Below are positions 32,195 through 39,012 of a stretch of 48,178 bases of DNA, one piece after another. This stretch comes from a virus. Position 1 is the stretch's first letter. Each line of letters begins with the position of its first letter. A program made the position numbers and the translations under genes. Location of the stretch: the IMG/VR virus record IMGVR_UViG_3300029944_000014. The stretch is one strand, 5' to 3'. Under the pieces are notes generated by a model that searched no databases, had not been told where the DNA came from, and was given only the letters and a program-made list of their open reading frames with translations.

Positions 32195-34723
32195 TCAGTG
32201 TTCTTCAGCTATGTTATCTAAATTCCCTCCTATCGCATCCCGCACTAAATCAAGATCAGTGCAGTTAGACCAAGCCACGTCCTTCGTATAAATAGTGTGT
32301 AGCCCCCGGCCTAATTTAACCCTGGACTTATAAGTTGCTAGCGGCACACGCACATAACCCATCTTGGCTAAGGTGCGCAGCATGCGGGTAGGCCCAGGCC
32401 ACGGTAGAGCCCCGCTAAGCGGCCAGACGGTGCGCAGCCAGGTCACAGACAGCAGCGTCTCATTCATGCCCAGGGCGCGGCCTCCTTGATCAAGCAGATC
32501 CTCTAGCATGCGTTCCTCGTCGTTACGGCTGACCTCAACCATGCGGTGCTTACCCTGGCTCTCCGGTGCTCGCGCATTGTTATTAAACGCTTCGGATATC
32601 ACGCGCTCGGTAAAATACTTACGCAAGCTACCTGCGTTGGCGCGCATAGACTCAAACAGCCAGCCGTAAAACTTTTCATGTTTAACGCGGTACTGGCGCG
32701 CTTCCTCTTTAGTTTTAAAGCGCGTAAAAATAACGTAATAGCGGGTGTTGTCTTCGTCGAGAGGTAAAGCATCTTCGAAGTTAGTAAACATCATGTAGTT
32801 AGTTACGTTGACGGCGGTGTACGAAGTCTTACCCTTGGGGTTGATATGCACCGAGCCGTTCGAGATATAAGGTTTCATCTTGTTAAGAATCGCGTACCGG
32901 TCTTTACCCTCTAAACGGATCTCTTCGACAAAATTAAGCAAGGAGCCGGCAGCCCAATCTTGGAAGTTGCCGCCGAGCATCGCAGGGTCAACCGGTTTGA
33001 CGTTCGAGGTACCGAGCATGGCTTGACACATCTCGGCTAAAAACGTCTTACCGATACCCTCATGTCCCCACACTAAAATTGCCCAACGGATCTTCTTACC
33101 CGGCTGTTGAACCGTCCAGGCGATGTAATCAAGCAGCATCTCCCGGTCCCGCGGGTCTTCGATGACGGCCTCTAGGTGGCCGAGCATGGCTTTTACGATC
33201 TCTGTGCCTGCAGTATCGTAAAACTGCGGCAACGGGGCGCCGGTATCTTTATAAATATTTGCCCAAGTACCCAGTTCATCGGTAAAAATTAAAGGCTGAC
33301 CAGGCCGATAGCGTGCGCCGTTTAAAACTTGCATACCGTAAATATCCGTTGCAAGGGCCGAGGCGTTGCGCTGATCGTCAGGCATTTTTACGCGTTTATT
33401 AAAAATAGCGTTAAAGCTGGCAGGGCTATACGCTTTAGATTGCGCCGTGCTAAAGAACTCGTCATTCTCAGCGAGGTAGTACCAACCTTCCCACAGAGCC
33501 GACAGCGCCCCGTTAGAGTGCTCCCCTGGGGCAAGTACCTCGGATGACCCGGCAGAGGCGCCAGGGGCCGATTTGAGGGCTTTCTTGACATCAGCTAGCG
33601 GGACGGTCGAGCCTAAAAGTGCACTTGCACGCGATTTAACTGCGTTTTGGATCGGAACCGCCATCACCGGATTAGCTGAAACGTACTTACGGAGGTCTTT
33701 AGTCAGCGGGCCGTCCATTAAATCGGTATAAGACTGCGCTTCGGCAATCATCTTATTTAACCGTAACCGGTAAGATTCGGCTTGAACGTTTTGTTCGGTT
33801 TTAGCCCAGTGAAAGATAGACGCGACGGTAACGGCGCTATCGCGGGTTTCGCTAAAGCTATTCCACTTGGCCAGTAGGCTATCGACGCCGTTATAATTTT
33901 TACCGGTTTGTGACCATCGGTCCCATACGTCGACACCTTCTAAGTTGCCGTCGAACTGATGATGCAAGGCCATGCCGACGTGTACCCATTGATCATAGTC
34001 GTCGGCATTGATAAAACTTAGCAGGTGATCAAGCTGAGTCGGCTCGATCGGTGCGGGCGCTTTTCGGTCAAGGAGCGCATCAACATCTGTCGGCGTGAGA
34101 TCCGCAGCAACCCCGAAGGCGCCCCGTTTAAGGAACACCCACTTACCGGCGGTGACCATCTGCGCACCAAGCGCTTCGAAGGCAGTGAGTACGGCTCTAC
34201 AGTCGACGAGCCGCAAGAGGGGTAGCTGAAAGTAAGGTGTAGTGGCAGGGCTATCTTCGGGCCAGATATACGGGCGCTGAGTCCCTGGGTGAATGTGCAG
34301 AGCGGCATACTGTTGTCCTTTACCTAGAATTTCGATGCGATGCGTAATTGTCGGGTCCGTCGCATCGGCGTATTTAGCTGATAGCATTTTGCTAAACGGC
34401 TGATCGGTACGAAAAGCGAGTAGGGCGCGAGGCGGACGGCCGATTCGCCGCAACCCTTGGCCGATGTGCATATCGATCCAGTCCACCATCGTATCGACTA
34501 CAGATTCATCGGATACGTCGATATCGATAGCCGGCGCCCACTCGGTAATGATGCCGATACCTGCATGCGCGTGGCCGTTGGCTAACCACTTATTAAGATT
34601 GTCGAAGGAAGGCTGTACCGTGCTCCACCCTTTCATCCCCGGATGTTTTTCCCCGGGCTGTATGGGCACGATGTTATAGCCATTGGTCAAAAGCTGACTA
34701 CCATATTGGCTTAGCTCGTTCAT
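32195..34723 (-). CDS. bifunctional primase-polymerase / SF3 (D5/P4-alpha-type) helicase
   Basis: The track ORF starts at TTG 34768. I prefer ATG 34723 (MNELSQ). N-terminal prim-pol motifs (NIVPIQPGEKHPGMKGW, AIDIDV), Walker A WGHEGIGKT, Walker B-like LLNFVEE, and a C-terminal domain of about 130 aa. Confidence 0.9.
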   Translation of the reverse strand: MNELSQYGSQLLTNGYNIVPIQPGEKHPGMKGWSTVQPSFDNLNKWLANGHAHAGIGIITEWAPAIDIDVSDESVVDTMVDWIDMHIGQGLRRIGRPPRALLAFRTDQPFSKMLSAKYADATDPTITHRIEILGKGQQYAALHIHPGTQRPYIWPEDSPATTPYFQLPLLRLVDCRAVLTAFEALGAQMVTAGKWVFLKRGAFGVAADLTPTDVDALLDRKAPAPIEPTQLDHLLSFINADDYDQWVHVGMALHHQFDGNLEGVDVWDRWSQTGKNYNGVDSLLAKWNSFSETRDSAVTVASIFHWAKTEQNVQAESYRLRLNKMIAEAQSYTDLMDGPLTKDLRKYVSANPVMAVPIQNAVKSRASALLGSTVPLADVKKALKSAPGASAGSSEVLAPGEHSNGALSALWEGWYYLAENDEFFSTAQSKAYSPASFNAIFNKRVKMPDDQRNASALATDIYGMQVLNGARYRPGQPLIFTDELGTWANIYKDTGAPLPQFYDTAGTEIVKAMLGHLEAVIEDPRDREMLLDYIAWTVQQPGKKIRWAILVWGHEGIGKTFLAEMCQAMLGTSNVKPVDPAMLGGNFQDWAAGSLLNFVEEIRLEGKDRYAILNKMKPYISNGSVHINPKGKTSYTAVNVTNYMMFTNFEDALPLDEDNTRYYVIFTRFKTKEEARQYRVKHEKFYGWLFESMRANAGSLRKYFTERVISEAFNNNARAPESQGKHRMVEVSRNDEERMLEDLLDQGGRALGMNETLLSVTWLRTVWPLSGALPWPGPTRMLRTLAKMGYVRVPLATYKSRVKLGRGLHTIYTKDVAWSNCTDLDLVRDAIGGNLDNIAEEH

Positions 34724-34744
34724 AATTTTCGCTGTTATGAGCTT

Positions 34745-34777
34745 AGAAAACGAAGCCCCTCTAAACAACCAAGGGGC
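34745..34777 (-). terminator. weak hairpin/terminator upstream of the primase-helicase gene
   Basis: GCCCCT(34755-60)/AGGGGC(34772-77), a 6-bp stem with an 11-nt loop. On the minus strand it is followed by TTCGTTTTC. Confidence 0.35.
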
Positions 34778-34807
34778 CTACAGTAAAACGTGTTGTGTTG
34801 CGTGAGA

Positions 34808-35503
34808 CTACTCGCCTTTAACAGGCTTGTTAAATTCAAGCTGTACGCCGAGGTAATTGATACAGGAAGCAGTGAAACTCTCAGCTACTTGAATGTACTG
34901 TGCGGAGCTGAGACCTGGGCTTAGCGCAAGTTTAGCCTCCGCGAGAGTAAAACCCTCGGACCAGACACGTTGAGCAAAAGCGATTGCTTGATCTTCAAGC
35001 GTAGCCGCGGTGATTTGTTCGAGAGGAGGTGCATCTTGCAGATAATCTTCAGGAATAAAGTCTTCTTTTAGGCCCTCAGGGATATCGCTATGGGCAGTAG
35101 CACCTTTACGCTTCGCATCTAAGGCGCTATTTAAGGCAACAAAAACCTCAGCATCTTTTAGCCGTGCAAGGCTCTTGTCTTGCTCAAGTGCGTCATCATA
35201 GTCCGTAGGCATCGGTGTCTCCTTAGTAAAATCAGCTAGGAAATGTTGTTTGAGAAAATCAGCTAGGAAATGTTGTTTGAGAAAATCAGCTACTTCCTTA
35301 GGGTTAATAAAATCAGCCTCGTTGCAAACACAAACATCGTTTAAGAGCACAGAGCAGCGAATCCCTTGAAAAAGGACATCTATGTAAAAGCGATACACAC
35401 CTTTCCACCCGCGGAGCGTTCTACGGAAAGAGACGTCTCCTCGTGACCCTCGTATCTCAGCGATCAGCACCTGGAAAGGGACAAGGATTAACGTATTGGT
35501 CAT
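34808..35503 (-). CDS. hypothetical protein with 9-aa ADF-repeat (231 aa; alternative internal start gives 134 aa)
   Basis: ATG 35503 overlaps the upstream stop (ATGA). The frame stays open through an AT-rich stretch. An internal ATG at about 35212 (MPTDYDD) has a strong AAGGAGA SD, so a shorter product is possible. Confidence 0.6.
   Translation of the reverse strand: MTNTLILVPFQVLIAEIRGSRGDVSFRRTLRGWKGVYRFYIDVLFQGIRCSVLLNDVCVCNEADFINPKEVADFLKQHFLADFLKQHFLADFTKETPMPTDYDDALEQDKSLARLKDAEVFVALNSALDAKRKGATAHSDIPEGLKEDFIPEDYLQDAPPLEQITAATLEDQAIAFAQRVWSEGFTLAEAKLALSPGLSSAQYIQVAESFTASCINYLGVQLEFNKPVKGE
35228..35318. repeat. 27-bp tandem repeat (AAAATCAGCTAGGAAATGTTGTTTGAG x2, then two degenerate units)
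   Basis: AAAATCAGC[T/C] occurs at 35228, 35255, 35282 and 35309, an exact 27-bp period. Confidence 0.9.
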
Positions 35504-35856
35504 GGTTTTTGCTCCGGCAAAGGGTTAGCTTTCAAGTAAGCCTTAGCTGCTGCAAGCTTGCTCTTAAATACCGGGTCTTTCAGCCACGCCGGATCGAGCA
35601 CCTTGATATCCGGTCGAATATCCTCTAAATTCATCGGGAATCCCGGGAGAAGGCCGAGTAGCAGGGCGCCGTTGCGGCTGATCTGCCCGCGGTGCTTCAT
35701 ATAGACAATTGCGACAGAGGATACCCCCAGGATACGAGCGAGATTATTACCGCTGCCCGCAAGGGCTAAGGCATTAGCTACACCTTGAGCGCAACTTTTT
35801 TTGTACTGTGCATCTTGCTTCGGGCTGACCTTAACCCGTGCCCCTCTTGCAGTCAT
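35500..35856 (-). CDS. Cro/YdaS-like helix-turn-helix regulator
   Basis: The track ORF is 35500..36123. I prefer ATG 35856 (MTARGARV) with AGGAGG 7 nt upstream. HTH GSGNNLARILGVSSVAIVYMKHRGQISRNGALLL...IRPDI. Confidence 0.75.
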   Translation of the reverse strand: MTARGARVKVSPKQDAQYKKSCAQGVANALALAGSGNNLARILGVSSVAIVYMKHRGQISRNGALLLGLLPGFPMNLEDIRPDIKVLDPAWLKDPVFKSKLAAAKAYLKANPLPEQKP

Positions 35857-35888
35857 ATGCTTGCCTCCTGTAGTTAAATAGTAAAAGT

Positions 35889-35902
35889 TAAGTTGCAACT
35901 TA
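35889..35902. promoter_or_regulatory. 14-bp perfect palindrome TAAGTTGCAACTTA (candidate operator)
   Basis: It lies at about +1 of the predicted leftward promoter, upstream of the Cro-like gene. Confidence 0.4.
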
Positions 35903-35908
35903 GGACTT

Positions 35909-35936
35909 AGTGTAGCATACGGGTCTAGCCCTGCAA
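35909..35936 (-). promoter_or_regulatory. candidate sigma70-type leftward promoter
   Basis: On the minus strand: TTGCAG (35936-35931), 16 nt, TACACT (35914-35909). Confidence 0.45.
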
Positions 35937-35952
35937 TAGAATAATAAAATTC

Positions 35953-35981
35953 TTGCACGGCAAAGATTAATACCCTATAGT
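35953..35981 (+). promoter_or_regulatory. candidate sigma70-type rightward early promoter
   Basis: TTGCAC (35953-58), 17 nt, TATAGT (35976-81), 24 nt upstream of the first plus-strand gene. It is back-to-back with the leftward promoter. Confidence 0.6.
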
Positions 35982-36004
35982 ACCCATAACAAGGAAAATG
36001 TGTC

Positions 36005-36202
36005 ATGCACGGGGACTTTCTACTGGTTTTCGCTTTTGTCGCACTGTGCTTCGCCTGCATCGGTTGGACGTTTTTAAAGCTTATTGTAAGACTTGTAATG
36101 TACGCAGTGATCTTCATGATCATCTATATTATTTTGCACCAAGGGGCTAGGGTCAGCGCCCGCCCAATTGGAGCTTTAACTTCACAGGAGTATGTAGCGT
36201 GA
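36005..36202 (+). CDS. small two-TM membrane protein (65 aa), first early gene
   Basis: AAGGAA SD. Hydrophobic FLLVFAFVALCFACIGWTFL and LVMYAVIFMIIYIIL. Confidence 0.65.
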   Translation: MHGDFLLVFAFVALCFACIGWTFLKLIVRLVMYAVIFMIIYIILHQGARVSARPIGALTSQEYVA

Positions 36203-36771
36203 GTCGATTTCACCCCGAATTAAACGCCTTCGATATCGCACGCATGCTTGTGCTCGGCGCGCGCGATTGCCTAGGCGAGCTAGCCGCAAGCGCCTTAGCC
36301 TTTGTCGTCAGCTCACCTAGAGTTGCAGACTGGCTGATTGAACGTGCCCAGCGCACGCCGTACATCCATATCGGTGAGGGGCCGGAAACCTATATGTACC
36401 GGTACTGGCTGTTCAATGCTTATGATAGCTGGACCCACAAATGCAAATACGCGCCCTTCATTAAACACTCAGCACGTATCCACGAGATTATGCGCCCGGA
36501 CAGCAGCCGAGATCATCATGACCACCCTTGGAACGCTCGCACATATATTTTGAAAGGGTGGTATATCGAGCAGCGTGAGGATGGCCGCACCTATCTGCGT
36601 CAACCGGGGGATACCGTAGCGATAAACTTTAACGAATATCACACGATTATTTCGGTAGCCCCCGGCGGCTGTACCACGCTATTCGTGACAGGCAAATACC
36701 GCGGTATCTGGGGGTTTCTTGTCGACGGGGTAAAGGTGCCGCACTTTGACTATGATAAGGGCCGAGTATGA
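36199..36771 (+). CDS. cupin-like protein with HHDHPW motif, unknown function
   Basis: 190 aa. GTG start overlapping the upstream stop (GTGA). YMYRYWLF, IHEI..PDSSRDHHDHPWNARTYILKG and PGDTVAINFNEYHTI fit a two-motif cupin metal site. Family recalled from other phages, with no known function. Confidence 0.7.
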   Translation: MSRFHPELNAFDIARMLVLGARDCLGELAASALAFVVSSPRVADWLIERAQRTPYIHIGEGPETYMYRYWLFNAYDSWTHKCKYAPFIKHSARIHEIMRPDSSRDHHDHPWNARTYILKGWYIEQREDGRTYLRQPGDTVAINFNEYHTIISVAPGGCTTLFVTGKYRGIWGFLVDGVKVPHFDYDKGRV

Positions 36772-36893
36772 AGACCTTCAAACAGAAATTTGACGCTTGG
36801 CTACTCGGGGATTGGGCACTGATACAAACCGCTTGTATCTACGGGGTTTTCTGCGGCGCGGTTAATTTCCTAGTTATGAGGTACGTATCATGA
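36768..36893 (+). CDS. tiny membrane protein (41 aa)
   Basis: Hand-translated (MKTFKQKFDAWLLGDWALIQTACIYGVFCGAVNFLVMRYVS). ATGA overlaps at both ends. Confidence 0.5.
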   Translation: MKTFKQKFDAWLLGDWALIQTACIYGVFCGAVNFLVMRYVS

Positions 36894-37075
36894 AACCAGA
36901 TTGGAAAGATGCACCGGCATGGGCTCAATTTGTTGCAATGGATTCTAACGGCGAGTGGTATTGGCATGAGCATAAACCCGCTTGGATTAAACGGGCTGGC
37001 CGTTGGGCAAACCCTGGGCTAATGGAAGGGTTTGACATTGTTTCGGCACTCGAATCTCTTGAGGAAAGACCATGA
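36890..37075 (+). CDS. MKPDWKDAPAWA-family small protein, paralogue 1 (61 aa)
   Basis: MKPDWKDAPAWAQFVAMDSNGEWYWHEHKP...SLEERP. Confidence 0.75.
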   Translation: MKPDWKDAPAWAQFVAMDSNGEWYWHEHKPAWIKRAGRWANPGLMEGFDIVSALESLEERP

Positions 37076-37266
37076 AACCAGATTGGAAAGACGACGCACC
37101 GGCATGGGCACGATATTTAGCAATGGACGCCGACGGGGCCTGGAGTTGGTTTGAGTACGAGCCCCAGTGGATTCCTAACATGGGGCATTGGAGCGCCGCG
37201 CCGAGGTATGAGCAAGCGTATCACACCCTGGAACAAGCGGCGAATAGTCTTGAGGAAAGACCATGA
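37072..37266 (+). CDS. MKPDWKDAPAWA-family small protein, paralogue 2 (64 aa)
   Basis: MKPDWKDDAPAWARYLAMDADGAWSWFEYEP...SLEERP. ATGA overlap with paralogue 1. Confidence 0.75.
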   Translation: MKPDWKDDAPAWARYLAMDADGAWSWFEYEPQWIPNMGHWSAAPRYEQAYHTLEQAANSLEERP

Positions 37267-37391
37267 AAACCACTTATACGCGCTGGCCTTTGTCGGACCT
37301 TGCGCTTACTTTGGGTGCCGTCTACATGGCAGGCATTGCAACCGGCGCCGCCGTAGTCGTAACGGCGCGCTGCTTATTAGGAGTGATTTAA
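37263..37391 (+). CDS. tiny membrane protein (42 aa)
   Basis: Hand-translated (MKTTYTRWPLSDLALTLGAVYMAGIATGAAVVVTARCLLGVI). ATGA overlap upstream. Confidence 0.5.
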   Translation: MKTTYTRWPLSDLALTLGAVYMAGIATGAAVVVTARCLLGVI

Positions 37392-37392
37392 G

Positions 37393-37623
37393 GTGGAAAA
37401 ACACTATCGGATAAGAGTCACAATTGAAGAGATCCAGCGCGATAAGTTCGAGCCGTGTGCGTGTGCGGACACGATGGCTATAGTGGACATCATGCCAGGG
37501 AGGCCGAAGAGTGAAATACGTCGGGTGCTATCTACCTGGGTACAAACACGTGCACTGGAAGTAGCGAAAGTATGCAGCGAACAATTTATCCTGTCGGAAG
37601 TAGCCAAGTGGGGCAGACTATGA
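37393..37623 (+). CDS. hypothetical protein (76 aa)
   Basis: GTG start with AGGAG about 9 nt upstream. Confidence 0.6.
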   Translation: MEKHYRIRVTIEEIQRDKFEPCACADTMAIVDIMPGRPKSEIRRVLSTWVQTRALEVAKVCSEQFILSEVAKWGRL

Positions 37624-38075
37624 AACGACCAACGTTTAAATGTATATCATGCAACGAAGATCACCCGATACCAGATTGCGTCAGCCCCGGGTGCCGCAAT
37701 TTCGCGGCCGGCTGGCTCGCTTATCAGGTTGAAGTTTTACGCCCGGGGGAAGAGTCGGTAATCGTTACTGTGCTGCCAGATATCGTTGCCTGCGAATCGT
37801 GTTGCACTAAAGAGCGTATGGCCGATATCCGCCCCGGCATCTTAGAAATGTTCGACGCTGAAACGCTAGCTGCGATTCCTGGCGCTTCGGAAGTCGGCGC
37901 AATTCGGGCCGTCATTCTTGAGTTCGGGTCAAAACTTGAACAAGAAGCAATTAAGCAAAAACTTGACAGACAATTGCGCGCACTTTTGTCGGGTAGCGAT
38001 GTGCTAGCTCAAGAGTTGCAAGTGACTCAGGCAAGCGCTGATGACCTGAAAGCTTTACGCCCGACGCTGCATTAA
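37620..38075 (+). CDS. Cys-rich (zinc-ribbon-like) protein (151 aa)
   Basis: The track ORF is 37572..38075. I prefer ATG 37620 (ATGA overlap). CISCNEDHPIPDCVSPGC near the N-terminus and CESCC later. Confidence 0.7.
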   Translation: MKRPTFKCISCNEDHPIPDCVSPGCRNFAAGWLAYQVEVLRPGEESVIVTVLPDIVACESCCTKERMADIRPGILEMFDAETLAAIPGASEVGAIRAVILEFGSKLEQEAIKQKLDRQLRALLSGSDVLAQELQVTQASADDLKALRPTLH

Positions 38076-38091
38076 CTGCGAGTACCTAGCC

Positions 38092-38547
38092 ATGGCAATC
38101 TACTATTACCGCGACGGCCGCGAACACAAAACCGAGTTTGCGCTACCCGTCAATCATCGCGGCGAATATAGGCGCCACGGACACGCGACGTTGTACACAG
38201 CAGCCCGATTGCAACAGCTTAACGAAACAAAATGGCTAAGCGAGGCGCATGCATCGGCACGTAGAACCTTGGCCCAGCATACGCCCGACGAATGGCGAGA
38301 GTTATACCAGTGCGATTTTACCGACGCGATAAAACGCGAACAGGAAGCGCTCTATCTCGCTAACGCCGAGACGATGGCCGGCATAGAAGCGCTGCACAAT
38401 CAACACGAAGTTCTGTTGAATCTACGGGAAAAACACACCCATGGTATGTATTTAATTGAAGAGGATTTCCGTGAGGCTAAACGTGCTATCCAAGAAGTTG
38501 CACGACGCGTTATCTCAAGCGCTGCGGCTGACTTGAAGCGCATATGA
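38092..38547 (+). CDS. hypothetical protein (151 aa)
   Basis: ORF in the operon. No motif recognised. Confidence 0.7.
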   Translation: MAIYYYRDGREHKTEFALPVNHRGEYRRHGHATLYTAARLQQLNETKWLSEAHASARRTLAQHTPDEWRELYQCDFTDAIKREQEALYLANAETMAGIEALHNQHEVLLNLREKHTHGMYLIEEDFREAKRAIQEVARRVISSAAADLKRI

Positions 38548-38684
38548 CTTTTACCCCGTGGAAACCGAATTGCATAATCGATAACCTCGGGGGCTATTAC
38601 CTTCCTGTAACTGAACATCCTATTTCCTTGACGGCGATGATCGTCACAATCGTAATTTACAAAATGATGCGAGGTCAAAAGTGA
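38544..38684 (+). CDS. tiny membrane protein (46 aa)
   Basis: Hand-translated (MTFTPWKPNCIIDNLGGYYLPVTEHPISLTAMIVTIVIYKMMRGQK). ATGA and GTGA overlaps. Confidence 0.45.
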   Translation: MTFTPWKPNCIIDNLGGYYLPVTEHPISLTAMIVTIVIYKMMRGQK

Positions 38685-38875
38685 AACCAGACTGGAAAGA
38701 CGCACCGGCATGGGCTAGATATTGCGCCAAAGACGCAAAAGGAAACTGGTATTGGTTTGAGGATAGGCCCTCAACTCGTGAAGAATTCGGTGTCTATCAA
38801 ACCCGTGGACGGTTTCTTTCTGTGCGCGTGCGATCGTCCATTTCTTGGCGTAATTCCCTTCAGGAGCGGCCATGA
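38681..38875 (+). CDS. MKPDWKDAPAWA-family small protein, paralogue 3 (64 aa, GTG start)
   Basis: (M)KPDWKDAPAWARYCAKDAKGNWYWFEDRP...SLQERP. Confidence 0.7.
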   Translation: MKPDWKDAPAWARYCAKDAKGNWYWFEDRPSTREEFGVYQTRGRFLSVRVRSSISWRNSLQERP

Positions 38876-39012
38876 AACCGGATTGGAAAGACGCACCCGC
38901 ATGGGCAAACTACTTAGTTCAAAGGCCGTCCGGTATTTGGTACTGGCTTGAAGTTAAGCCTCAGTGGCTTTCTAATCAATCAGCGAAAAACTTTGAGACG
39001 CGGCCTCAGTGA
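38872..39012 (+). CDS. MKPDWKDAPAWA-family small protein, paralogue 4 (46 aa)
   Basis: Hand-translated, below the track cutoff: MKPDWKDAPAWANYLVQRPSGIWYWLEVKPQWLSNQSAKNFETRPQ. ATGA and GTGA overlaps. Confidence 0.6.
   Translation: MKPDWKDAPAWANYLVQRPSGIWYWLEVKPQWLSNQSAKNFETRPQ

Noticed and set aside
35857-36123. N-terminal 89-codon extension of the Cro-like ORF (track start 36123)
   Set aside because: It would run through the divergent promoter region and across the start of the plus-strand gene. The ATG at 35856 has a perfect AGGAGG SD.
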